Source: Macrostomum lignano (Eukaryota). From it: a stretch of DNA of 64,000 nucleotides. Positions 50,996 to 62,094 of the stretch are shown here, piece by piece (within the stretch, counting starts at the first letter, position 1; every line of letters begins with the position of its first letter). A model generated the notes under the pieces. It was not told the origin of the DNA. It saw nothing but the letters and a program-made list of their open reading frames with translations, and made no database searches. Made by a program: the position numbers and the translations under genes. Where the stretch lies: contig NIVC01001689.1 of assembly GCA_002269645.1 (NCBI GenBank), positions 185,617 to 249,616 of the forward strand, in the 5' to 3' direction.

Positions 50996-51920
50996 ATGTT
51001 CACTCATTCCTTACCCGCTCAACCACCTCAATGTACACTCATTTCCTACCCGCACAAACTCCCAAATGTACACTCATTCCCTACCCGCTTAACGACCCAA
51101 TGTACACTCATTCCCTACCCACTCAACCACCCCAATGTTCACTCATTCCCTACCCACTCAACCACCCCAATGTACACTCATTCCCTACCCACTCAACCAC
51201 CCCAATGTACACTCATTCCCTACCGCACAACCACCCCAATGTTCACTCATTCCCTACCGCACAACCACCCCAATGTTCACTCATTCCCTACCCGCTCAAC
51301 CACCCCAATGTACACTCATTCCCTACCCGCTCAACCACCCAAATGTACACTCATTCCCTACCGCACAACCACCCCAATGTTCACCCATTCCCTACCGCAC
51401 AACCACCCCAATGTTCACTCATTCCCTACCCGCTCAACCACCCAATGTACACTCATTCCCTACCCGCTCAACCACCCAATGTACACTCATTCCCTACCCG
51501 CTCAACCAGCCCAATGTACACTCATTCCCTACCCGCTCAACCACCCAATGTACACTCATTCCCTACCCGCTCAACCACCCAATGTACACTCATTCCCTAC
51601 CCGCTCAACCACCCAATGTACACTCATTCCCTACCCGCTCAACCACCCAATGTACACTCATTCCCTACCCGCTCAACCACCCAATGTACACTCATTCCCT
51701 ACCCACTCAACCACCCCAATGTACACTCATTCCCTACCGCACAACCACCCCAATGTTCACCCATTCCCTACCGCACAACCACCCCAATGTTCACTCATTC
51801 CCTACCCGCTCAACCACCCAATGTACACTCATTCCCTACCCGCTCAACCACCCAATGTACACTCATTCCCTACCCGCTCAACCACCCAATGTACACTCAT
51901 TCCCTACCCGCTCAACCAGC
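50996..51920 (+). repeat. 33-34-bp minisatellite AATGTACACTCATTCCCTACCCGCTCAACCACC(C)
   Basis: About 27 copies downstream of the OXCT1 stop. Confidence 0.96.
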
Positions 51921-52604
51921 CCTAGATACAAAATATCGGGAGAAATTTTTTTGCATGGTGCTAAGTTTAATTCTTGTTGATATTTGAGCATAAATATTTC
52001 TCTTCACGTGGGGTTATGAAATAGCAATTCACAGGGTGAGTCAGTTACATTGAACAACTTTCCTTCTGTAGTGGTTAATTACGGATTCTTAGCAATTAAT
52101 TTGCTACCAATCTGCCTGTTCACTACAGAATATAAACGCTAACACTTCATTGTAAAATGCGATGTATATTGAAAAGGCTGCGCCACATATTTATTATTTG
52201 GCTTATATTAATAAGAGATTAATATATAATTAGCTACATTTCTAATGCGAGTGTTACTGTAAGCCTGCTGTAGATTTTAATGTCTAATCATGCGTTATTT
52301 AATCATCATTGTTAAAATAGACTGAAGATTTTCCAGTTACTAATAATTATTATAATTATGCATTATTATAATCGGATGATCGGTTTTCACTTTCTCATCG
52401 TCCATGCTTTTGCCGCCTGCTCCGCAGCTGCGCAGCTGGCATGGGGGCCGCGTCGCCGGGGTCCAGGTGCCTCAGGGCCAACTCTGCCGCTGCCGCCTTC
52501 GCCAGCCAGCCGAACAGTGCTGGAAGGGCAGGAGGAATGAACTCGTTTGGATCGCATTTTAGCCGTCAGAACCGTCTCCCATGGTAATCTGCGAATCCCT
52601 CTCT

Positions 52605-52780
52605 GGCAAATCTCTTTTTCGGTCTCCCTGATCTGGGAATCTCCCGGTCTACCTAATCTGGGAATCTTTCCTTCCCTGGTCTCCCCATGAGAACCTGGGA
52701 ATCTCTCTCCGGTCTACCCAATCTGGGGAATCTTCCTTTTCAGTCAGCTCATGAGAATCTGAGAATCTCCCCACCCCGGT
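52605..52780 (+). repeat. Degenerate GGGAATCTCCCGGTCT repeats
   Basis: About 6 decayed copies. Confidence 0.6.
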
Positions 52781-53150
52781 CTACTGGAAACTCAAATCAA
52801 GTTTTGAGCAGTTTGAACACACTTTAATACCAAATTTATATCAGGGAATGCTCTGACAGACAGTAGTAATTAAGATAGGAAATTATACTTCCGTCACTGG
52901 CCCTCCTTCGTACCTTCCTAGCACAACGTGCACAATGTTAGTATCCGTAGCAACAGGAGCTTCAGTATCGGCAGCAGAAGCATTGACAGCTTCAACAACT
53001 TCAGTGTACCACAGCCAGGGCACTAACTACCAGTAGAAGTTCTTTTGCCTAATAAGCGTGTAGTGCTTCTTCTGGGACATCATTTTGAAGCACTTGAAAT
53101 GTGTTTTGCTTTCTTTGTATCTTGTCAGTCATCCTCAGGAATCGGCGTTC

Positions 53151-53264
53151 CTAGAACTCAACTTCAAGACAGATGGAACGTACCCAGTTGCAGCACCTGT
53201 CGCACTGCAGCCCATGCTGAAGCTGACGCACAGTTGCTCGACAAATTTTGCAGTTGTCTGCCAT
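53151..53264 (-). pseudogene. Degenerate PHD-finger remnant, probably a non-LTR retrotransposon (CR1/L2-type) ORF1 fragment
   Basis: MADNCKICRATVRQLQHGLQCDRCCNWVRSICLEVEF* has C-x2-C...C-x2-C-x2-W-x-(H>R)-x2-C spacing, then a stop; codon usage is T/A-ending, unlike the host genes. Confidence 0.45.
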
Positions 53265-53774
53265 AATCGTACTTAGTGTATCAGGCTAGCTAGCTGCAGA
53301 GTAAGTCTTTGACAGCTATATTGTGGCGTAGGATTTGACTCGCTGCTGGGCTGCTGGGAATCCAAGGATGCCATATTCAAAACAAATAAAGTCGTACGGG
53401 GAGCTAAAGGTATAATTATTTAGTTAAATTAATTAACTAAATTTATTCATCAGCCAATAGTTTCCAAATTCCAAGGTTCAGAATCAGATGAGCAATCCAT
53501 GTTATTCATTTATCCATGTTGCAAGCATTTTGATACTATGTACAGATGCACGCAACGCGCTACCAGTAGCTCATTGCGTACACGCAATGTACAGTACGCA
53601 AAGAATGCATCTGGGCAGATGTGAACTAAAGCAGCACTTCAGTTCTAAAAATAGACAAGCGGAAATTTTCGTCGAGTATTACACACTACGCAAATTTCTG
53701 TTGATTCTGTACATTTTTATTTACTATATTTTTCTTTCTATGATCCGAAACACAACCTTTAACCGAAACGTCCA

Positions 53775-53788
53775 GTTGCCATAGAAAC
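53775..53788 (+). promoter_or_regulatory. RFX X-box consensus
   Basis: GTTGCCATAGAAAC fits GTHNYY-AT-RRNAAC; CACGTG at 53806-53811. Confidence 0.35.
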
Positions 53789-54524
53789 AAAAAGGGATCG
53801 CTGTACACGTGGAAAACGTGATTCGTAGGGATTCGTAATAGATTTTTGCACAACTGTCAAAAAATTGTCTGCAGACTGATGTTAGCCCCCTACACTATCA
53901 CGAAGACGTTAGAGCAAAGTGAATCAATGTTAGACCTATCAATATTAAGCATATAAAATTATTTTCAGATAAATTAGCAACGTGCTTTCTAAAAGTAGTT
54001 GCTAACTTTACTTCAGTTATTCAGTAAAGACAAAGTCTATCACAAAGTTCACACTTACACAGTTACACAACTTACACAGTTACACTATAGGCCGCTAGTC
54101 AAATTTAAGCATCGGCCTAGTCTAAACAATTCTTTGAAATAGCTCATATAATGTTTAAATTTACCACACACACTTCACTCTGCATACAAATGGTAAGAAA
54201 AAGTAAATAAAGATGCAGGATACCATGACCTGTAGTTGTTCAATAACAAGAAATTTTTAGACAGATTTTTTCTAATAAAATGTTTAAAATTAAGATAAGA
54301 TAATTTGCATTTTTAATGTTTTATAGTCATTTCTCTAGAGTCAATTAATTTTTTCTATCTTTAAGTTTTATATTATTTTTATAAAATGATATTTAAAATT
54401 AAAATTTTAATTTATAGTAGAAGTTATTATAAAATATAAAATAAATATTCTATTTCTTAGCCAACCTTAAGAACCTAGTGTAGGCTAGGCTAGGCCTAGT
54501 CATTATGTATAAACAAGCCCTGGC

Positions 54525-54713
54525 CAGGGGAGAGGGAGGGGGGATAGGGGATGTATCCCCCTCGAAGAGCCTAACCAAAACTTTTTTATTGCCCTTTGTT
54601 GCTATACATGCTATTATGTGACTCTTTCATAGCACATTTACTTTGGTGTATCCCCCATAGAAAATTCGCCTTGGTGTATCCCTTCCTATAGGAAATTCCT
54701 GGCTACACCCCTG
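54525..54713. mobile_element. 189-bp hAT-type MITE
   Basis: Termini CAGGGG...CCCCTG; near-perfect 8-bp TSD GCCCTGGC (54517-54524) / GCCTTGGC (54714-54721). Confidence 0.7.
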
Positions 54714-54784
54714 GCCTTGGCCCTAGGGCCTAACCTTTGTGACTAGCTAGTATACTATATAGTCTTTAAAGATCAAGAATTATC

Positions 54785-56520
54785 TCCCTCACTTAATGAC
54801 TAATGTGCGCATCGATAAGCCACTGGCATCGCAAAGTTGACACATGCAGTCTGCACTATGGCTCCGAATCCCTCCGATGGGAAGGGCCATGGGTGCACTG
54901 GCACCTTGGGTGTATCAGTCTACTTGAACTGGCAGGTTTCACTTGATAGAGTTCTTTCGAGTTCCCCACATCCTTGTCCAGACCAGGCCACCACACACAG
55001 CAGTGTACAAGCACTCTCACGCGGCTAGCACCAGGATGAGCTTGATGCAGCTTTCCAAGGACGTTTGGGCAGATTGCGGACAGAACAACGACCCGGGATC
55101 CCCACAGCAATCAGCCCTGTTTTTATTGAGAGCTTGTGCCATTGGCCAGAGAAAGCTTTGTCTGCTGGGATCCGACAGCCAGACTGTAGACACGACAGCA
55201 CCCTGCCAAGCAGCACGTCAGTCCGCGTCTTCTGTGCGATGACCTTGGCAGTCAAAGCCAAGCCGACCTCTTCATCTATGAGCAGGAGTTCACGGCTGAT
55301 TCCTCGATGAACTCTGATCACAGCCGAGCTTGGCAAAGATGTCCTCTGTCCGCGGCAACGGATAGTGCTCGGGCTCGGGGGCATGCCCGTGGCGTTGAAG
55401 CCTGAAGGTCACCTTATAGTCACCGCAAATGCAAATCTCGCCGTTTGCCTTCACCACTGGGACGATTGGAACTCCCAGTTTAAATTCTTGATCGGCGTGA
55501 TGATGCCCTTGGCCTTAAGTTGTCTCAGCTCCTCGTCCACATGCTCCCTCAGTTCTTACGGCACTGGCCTGGCCTTGAAGAATCGTGGCATGGCCTGCTC
55601 GTCCACCTGCAAATTGACGGAGCCGGGGCGATAGCATTCAAGTTCGTCAGCGAAGATTTCACATCCTGCGTCAGGTCGGTGGTTGCGGAGCTGGAGCTGA
55701 CCGAGTTGACTGGGCCCGATTGCTTGTCAGTCTAGCCCTAATCGAGCCATCCAGTCTCCTTTAAGAAGATCGACATTGCCCTGGGAGACCACGAGCACCA
55801 GAAAGAATTTAATTCTGGCCATTATAACTAACCCCAGTCCTGCTCCAGTGCCAGTGCAGTATACTCTAGCTTCTTGATCCTGGCTGACTTGCAGACTTTC
55901 TGCAGACCTGTGACCCATCTTACCACAGACATGATAATGATAATTAGCATCACGGAATTTGCAGTTTTGCCGATCATGATGCCCACCGCATCTGGCGCAT
56001 GGTTGCTGCTGAGGCACGTGCAGTGAGGCAGAGTTGTGGATCGGTTGCTGCAATCTCACGCAGATGGGCCTTGCCACCGCACCCCTGCTCCTGCTGATAG
56101 CTGCAACCGTCCCTGAAGTTATTGGCATGATTTTGCTAGCGTAGCGCTTTCGGATGCATAGTGATCCTGCAGGATTTTCTTGAGGTCTTCATAAGACTTG
56201 TCAGCCTCCTATTCTGGCTGGAAAAGGTTTTGTACGAGTAGTACTGTTTAGGCTTCTTTGGTGCTCAATGTGGCCACCTTGATAGTCTTCTCTGTGATCT
56301 TAGCGCATACGAAGTACTGCTCCAGACTGTCCACGTAGACTTTGAAGTCGGAGTCCTTGGACAGTTCGGAATGCGGCTAAAAGTTGAACCCATCGCCATT
56401 GTGATGACTTGTAAACGAAGTCTTCGATTGCACTTGGAAGGGGCTCCCGATTGGCAGACAAAGAGACGTTGTCCATACCAGCAGACCTATAAGCATAACT
56501 AGACTGCGCACCTTTGCACA
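54785..56520 (-). mobile_element. Heavily deleted, degenerate Ty3/Gypsy LTR retrotransposon (copy 1)
   Basis: On the minus strand: ...TCATCACA then PBS-like ATGGCGATGGG (56399-56389); gag (DFKVYVDSLEQYF, DKSYEDLKKILQDH, CARCGGHH...CGKMGH); protease tail (LLKGDWMARLGLD); RT start (PRFFKARPVP, PIVPVV...CGDYKVT, HYPLPRTEDIFAKL); jump to TAKVIAQKTRTD and integrase H2C2 (LHQAHPG...WWPGLDKDV); PPT-like TTAAGTGAGGGAGA near 54785. Many stops and frameshifts; the LTR boundary is uncertain. Confidence 0.85.
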
Positions 56521-57538
56521 AAAAGGAGACCAGCAAGAAGGCAAAGACTACTTCGAAATGCGATATTTAACCCGTACGTAAGCGTGCCCCTTTCGGAGTG
56601 ACGTTTATGGTGGTTAATGACTGGTCGGGCACCAACTTGTTTGCGCTCTCTCCCTTGCTCTGTCCACTTTGTGCGCCTAGTGTAGTGTACTTTCTCTCCC
56701 TTCGTCGCGCCCCTCCCTCTTCGTCTCTCTGCCCAATGCGCACCCACCTCCCCCAATCTGGTTTTCGCCTTGTTTGTTTGCGCAGAGTCAAATTGAGTCG
56801 CACAAGCTGCATCTGATTCGAGTCATGGCCATGATTTTCATAAAGATCAAAATAAAAAACTAGCTAAAAATCTTTCACGCACAGGAAGGAGACCAGGAAA
56901 AAGGCAAAGACTACTTTGAACTGCGATATTTCTTAATCTGTAGTCTATTCGGAACTAGGTAAGCTATTCATTTATTCCTTTATTATTGCTAGTAATATTC
57001 TTTTTGCTATTTTCTTCTACTTTATTCTATCTACAACAAAAAGGTCTCATTTAGTCTGCAAGCGTTACATGTACGTTTTTTAAAATTTGTCATCAATACA
57101 AAATAAATCAGAATAGTAATAAATAGTAAAGCTGTTTAATTGCACATAGAGTTGGTTAAATGGTTAGCCATCTCTGTCCCACCACCACCAGTCAAAAGGC
57201 AACAATGCAGCGCAGGCCCTATGACTTGAGTAGGAAGGGGAAGCCCTTGCTATTGATCGTGAGGTGGTGGAGCTGGGGTGCCATTTTTGCTACTTGGAAA
57301 AGAGGCACACAATTTTGCCCCAGATGCGCAGTTTAGTTATACTTATTGGTCTGTGACACTGTGGTGGCCGTGGGCTCCTGGCCACAACTTAGCCACGCAC
57401 GTACAGATGGTGCATATATGGCATAGGGGTCCGAGTGTTCAGGGGGTGGGGGTGACTCGAGTGAGGAGAACGCAGCATTATCATTATATTGCTAACATGA
57501 TCTGGTCTCAATCCTTTCCTTATAAAAAATAAGGAATG

Positions 57539-57774
57539 TGTTGTGAATTGAACTCCGGCTGAAGTATTTAACTCATGAGCTTAAGATTCTTTATATTTCT
57601 TATTTGGAAGAGATCAAGAAGGTGAGCTATAGCAACTTTGGGCTGGGTTAATTACCATATAGAAGAAACTGTAGCGATAGAATGCTTAGAGGAGATTAGT
57701 GCAAACAAACGGCGTTGAATAACGAACTTGAACTTATATAAACTATAGTGCATCTCAGTGTGCGATACACCACA
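57539..57774 (-). mobile_element. Putative 3' LTR of Gypsy copy 2
   Basis: PPT AGGGAGGGGCA (57785-57775) is followed directly by TGTGGTGTATC; the element ends ...TTCACAACA at about 57539. Confidence 0.7.
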
Positions 57775-57874
57775 TGCCCCTCCCTATATTCAGAAGATGT
57801 CAATTGGAACAGTGAAGTCGTTTTATGTCGTTTCATTAATTTCGCGTTTTTCTCAACCCTCCTCGGATACCAGT

Positions 57875-58891
57875 TTAAGGCACAAAGCGCTCAGGAGCGG
57901 ATCGGTTTCTGAGGCTCCTTCTCAGCTGAACGGCTTCTTCAGGCACGGGTGTCTGAATCCCTGCGACTGGCTCGTTTCCGGTTTCTGGCACGCTGTTAGT
58001 CTCATCTTCGTCCTCCATCTCGAATTCCGATGGCCGGGGGGCCAGTGGGGCAAGGTGATTCGTGCTTGCAAGGCGAAGCCCATCGTCAGCGAGGATCCAC
58101 GCCGTGTTTTGACCTGCCGTCATCACGAACTTTGCCGGGTTGCCGACTGAGGAGCTGCTGGGCGCATAGATCACGCTGTCACACTGTTCGAAGTTGGTCA
58201 CCACCGGGACTCTGAGTCGCCGTCCAAAAAGAATTTCGGCTGGGCAGCAGCCCCGCGAAGAGGCTGAGTTTCTGTGGTGCAGGAGGACCTTTTGCAAGAA
58301 GCGGCTAAACTCCACGTGCGTAATTTTTTCAGACCAGGCCCTTAGTGCGGACTTGACGGTCTGAACGGCCCTTTCTGCGGCTCCATTCGCCTGCGGGTAA
58401 TAGGTAGGTGACTCGAGCTTCTTGGCACCATTGGCGCGGAGCCACGATGTGAGCACTTCAGTGGTGAACTCTGGGGCGTTGTCCGAAACCACCAGCTCGG
58501 GGACGCCGAACCGTGTGAATACGGTACGCAGGCACTGAATGACTGAATCAGCTGTGCGATCGCGGCAAGGAAATGCTTCTATCCAGCCGGAAAAGGAATC
58601 CACGATGACCAGGATGTTTCCAGCGCCTTTTACGTATGCCCAGTCCATGTGTACGCGCTGGAACGGATACGTTGATGGAGGCCAGCGATCCCTGTCGTGG
58701 CCGAGTTGAGGCCGAAGCCTGCAGCAGTCTGGACAGCGTCGAACAAACTGGGCAACGTCCTGTTGCATTCCGGGCCACCAGCAGCTGGTAGACATTAGAC
58801 TGTGCGCTGCATGCATGCCCGTGTGCGTGTCGTGAATGGCATCGAACGCGGCCTTGCGCAGTCTTGGTGGAATGAAGACTCTTCTTTGCAT
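57875..58891 (-). pseudogene. Gypsy integrase (H2C2 + DDE core), separated from RT by a deletion
   Basis: IHDTHTG...WWPGM...CPDC, RVHMDWA, VVSDNAPEF and NGAAERAVQ. Confidence 0.95.
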
Positions 58892-58954
58892 GTAGAGTAG
58901 TCCATTTTCTAGCGTTAGTTTGTTTGAGACTTTTCAAAGTTTAGTTTTCAAACG

Positions 58955-60880
58955 TTAGTTTGGTTGATGGTCTGTGCGTATTGTGAATGGTCGGCCATGG
59001 CAGTAGTGCTTCAAGCGTGCGATGGCCCAAACAATAGCCAAGGCCCCCCGCTCGATGTTAGAATAATTGGATTCAGCGGAGGACAGGCTACGTGACACGT
59101 ATATCACGGGATGGCCATCTTGTGTTGCCACGGCGGCGAGGGCTCCTTTGGAAGCATCAGTGGTCAGCGTCAGTTCCTTTGTCAAGCTGTAGGGCTGGAC
59201 CACAGGCGCTGAAGCGATTTCCAGCTTTAGGCTCTCGAACGCTTTGGAACACTCCTCCGACCACACGAACGGAACGCTTGCTTGTCGTAGTCTATTAAGC
59301 GGTGCAGTTTTGCCTGCAAAGTTTGGGATGAGGCGGCCGAAGAAGTTTACCAAGCCAAGAAAGTGAGCGAGCTCTGATTTATTTGCTGGCGGGCACACAT
59401 GGCGAATTTTCTCCACTAGGCGATCATCGGGCTGAATACCAGCCGCGGATATTCGGAAGCCCAAGAACGAAACCGAATCGCAATAGCTGATGCTTTTCGC
59501 TTCGTTGATAGTCACGCGCTTCTCAGATAGACGCGTTCGCACAGCAGCGAGGCGCTTCTCCAGCGTGGGTTTGTCTGGCGCGTGAATGAGAATGTCGTCT
59601 TGGTAGATAAGCAGTCCTTTGATGTCTCCTAGAATGGATTCCATGGTGCGTTGGAAGATGAAGGAGGCGTTCTTCATCCCCATTTGCAGCCGATTGACAC
59701 GATAGAGCCCGCGGGACGTGTTTATTACCGATAGGTCTCTCGCGGCTTCATCAAGCTCGATCTGCCAGTACGCCGAACGTAGATCGACTGTGGCGAAAGT
59801 TTTGGCGTTCTTTAGCTTGGAGAACATGGTCTCGATGTGTGGAATGGGATATGAGTCTGATTTGATCTTCGAATTGACGTGCACGCTGTAGTCCGCGCAC
59901 ATGCGGAGAGTTCCATCCTTCTTCTTTACCCACACTACGGGTGAAGCGTTACTAACCGGACCCTCTGTTGGCTCGATGACACCAAGTTGGTGGAGGCGAT
60001 CCAGTTCTGCGCTGATTTGGCTTTCTAGGGCGAGTGGCACAGCACGAGCGCGGCAAAATTGTGGTTTAGCACCGTCCACCAGTTCCATTCGGGCCTTAAC
60101 GCCTCGGATACAGGGCAGAGGTTCGACGGCAGTTTTTTCTGCTTGAACATCGCTGGCATGGAAGACACCGTCAGACTCGAGGAGGTCGCGGCCGAGCAAC
60201 CCGTACGTCTTTTCCGAAGAGACTACAATCAGTTCCACTGGTTGAAGGCGTCCTCGTAGCTCCACAGTTGCAGTCACTTTACCAAGCGATTTCATGACGT
60301 GCCCGTCGAAGGCCTCCAAGCGCCGATTGGAACGCATTAGTGGTGGCTTACCCAGCAGAGCCCATTGCGCACTGGAGAGCACGGAGACTGATGCTCCCGT
60401 GTCGATCTGCATTTTGAAGGGCTTATCGTTGATGCGCACAGTCTCCGTAGATACTTCAATCGAATTGAGCGCATCGATGAGATGCAGTACGTCTGTTTTT
60501 TGTTGGGCGGAATCTGAATCCTCCTCACCAGTAGTCGTGTAGTGCATGGATCGAGACTTACAAACAGTACTGAAGTGGTTTTTCTTTCCACACTTGGAGC
60601 AGCTTTTTCCGAAAGCGGGGCATCTGCCTTCGGGTGTGACTTGCCACAGTACCGACAGGCGCTGATTGTGCGATGAGAGCTTGCATGCTGCGATGTCTCA
60701 GGCCGACCGGATTGAGCGTAATGAAGGGTGGCTTCGTAGGTGCATGGTGATTTAGATTGGCCGGTTGCCTTGTCCATCTGCCTGGCGACGAAGCCATCGA
60801 CTTGCTCTAGGTTGCGTATGAAGTCCGTGATTTCTGAGACGGACATCAGTTTCAGCTGCATTGCTTCGAGTACCCCTTCT
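58955..60880 (-). pseudogene. Gypsy gag C-terminus - aspartic protease - RT - truncated RNase H
   Basis: CRYCGKSH / CPAFGKSCSKCGKKNHFSTVC (1-nt frameshift near 60627), QIDTGAS, RMCADYS, VDLRSAYWQI, IYQDDILI, TTDAS, NIERGALA, and DHQPN* premature end. Confidence 0.93.
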
Positions 60881-61045
60881 AGTAGTAGGGGAAATGTGGA
60901 CTCTGCCGCAGGAATTTCCGTGGGAAAACCACGGGCCTATGTGTGTAAACATAGCGCCTATGTAAATGCATTGGTGGACTCTGCCGCAGGGAAAGCCATG
61001 GAAATTCCATGGGGCCTTAGTGAGAGAACATAGGCCTATGTTTTT
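60881..61045 (+). repeat. Polinton terminal region (putative left TIR) with direct repeats and hairpins
   Basis: GTGGACTCTGCCGCAGG at 60896-60912 and 60974-60990; hairpins CCGTGG-GAAAA-CCACGG and CCATGG-AAATT-CCATGG; palindrome AACATAGGCCTATGTT at 61027-61042. True TIR length cannot be determined without the right end. Confidence 0.75.
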
Positions 61046-61078
61046 CTATTGCTGTATGTCTGCTGCAGTGGTTTAGTC

Positions 61079-61085
61079 TATATAA
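61079..61085 (+). promoter_or_regulatory. TATA box for the first Polinton gene
   Basis: TATATAA about 80 bp upstream of the ATG at 61163. Confidence 0.5.
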
Positions 61086-61162
61086 GGACCAAAAAATCTC
61101 TTTGATTCATGAAAAATCGAATTTTTTTTCAACGAGATTTTTTTTCTGTTAGAGTTTAAGTC

Positions 61163-61927
61163 ATGGACATCGGCGAAGGATATAAACTCCAAATACAGGA
61201 GTATGAAGGAGTTATGTTCATTGCTATCAGAAAATTTTACCGACATGGCAGCACTGCGAGTTTGAAACCTGGAGTCCCCGGCTTCAATTTGAACATCCGT
61301 CAGTGGGAGAAGCTCAAGGAGTTGAAGCGATCACTTGTCAAGGCGGCCTTGGACAAACAGCCAAAGGTTGTCAAACTCGGCTTCGATAAGTTCATCGAAG
61401 TGAAAAACGGCATTATCTGGTTAAAGCGATTGCCGGAGGACTGCTGCGACGAGTTTCTTAAGCGGAACACCGTGCCGCTGACACCGCCGCTGTGGCGAAA
61501 GCTGTGGCAGTACGCGGATTGGATCGACGAGCAGCTATCGGCTCCACGTGAGATTTCCGATGCATACGAGCTGGAGTCGGGATCTTCCTCCGACAGCATC
61601 GAAAATGAAGACGATGCTGGCGAAAACGCGGAAGAGACCAAGCCGGTAGTGAAGGCGGAGGACGATGCTGCTGCTGCTGCTGGCGAGGCTGGCATGCCAT
61701 CCAATCTGCAAATCGACACAGCGTTTGCCACTTCAACGCCTCTGCAACTGACCAAGCCAGCAGCTGGAGCGATTCCTCGGCAGGACACTGATCTGCAAGA
61801 GGACCCAGTCTGGTACCAGTTCCGAGCTCAAGCAGCCGCCGCTGAGAACGCCAGGAAACGCAAGCAGCCGCCATTCGCTCTGCGCAGATTGGATGCCATG
61901 AAGCTGCCCAGGCCGTGCTTCGACTGA
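61163..61927 (+). CDS. Polinton-encoded PC4/Sub1-like ssDNA-binding protein, 254 aa, probably two PC4 repeats
   Basis: DIGEGYKLQIQEYEGVMFIAIRKFY...KPGVPGFNLNIRQWEKL matches the PC4 pattern (IG..R.V.V.EFKG...IDIREYY...KPG.KGISL...QW..L). A second degenerate copy is KLGFDKFIEVKNGIIWLKR...VPLTPPLWRKL. Acidic linker and basic RKRK tail follow. Confidence 0.75.
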   Translation: MDIGEGYKLQIQEYEGVMFIAIRKFYRHGSTASLKPGVPGFNLNIRQWEKLKELKRSLVKAALDKQPKVVKLGFDKFIEVKNGIIWLKRLPEDCCDEFLKRNTVPLTPPLWRKLWQYADWIDEQLSAPREISDAYELESGSSSDSIENEDDAGENAEETKPVVKAEDDAAAAAGEAGMPSNLQIDTAFATSTPLQLTKPAAGAIPRQDTDLQEDPVWYQFRAQAAAAENARKRKQPPFALRRLDAMKLPRPCFD

Positions 61928-62094
61928 TTGCAGACCCTCTGACATTGAGACAAACTCTGTGCTACGAGCTATTTATCCAGACCTGCTTTCCATCTCTTTG
62001 TTTGAAAAAATATATATGCTTGCTTTCACATGCGCTATGCATTTTCAATGTCTTAAGAAAACCTAAAAATAAAAATGTTTCTTTGTTTCCGAAA

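Larger units (their letters stand above)
57539..60880 (-). mobile_element. Ty3/Gypsy LTR retrotransposon (copy 2), interrupted in gag by the Polinton
   Basis: Order gag(CCHC)-PR-RT-RH-IN-PPT-LTR; the 5' part of gag, the PBS and the 5' LTR are missing because gag abuts AGTAGT at 60881. Confidence 0.95.

Noticed and set aside
61915-62094. 60-aa N-terminal extension of the Polinton integrase
   Set aside because: Depends on a non-ATG start overlapping the PC4 stop and runs through AT-rich intergenic sequence; the Polinton integrase N-terminal motif begins at ATG 62095.
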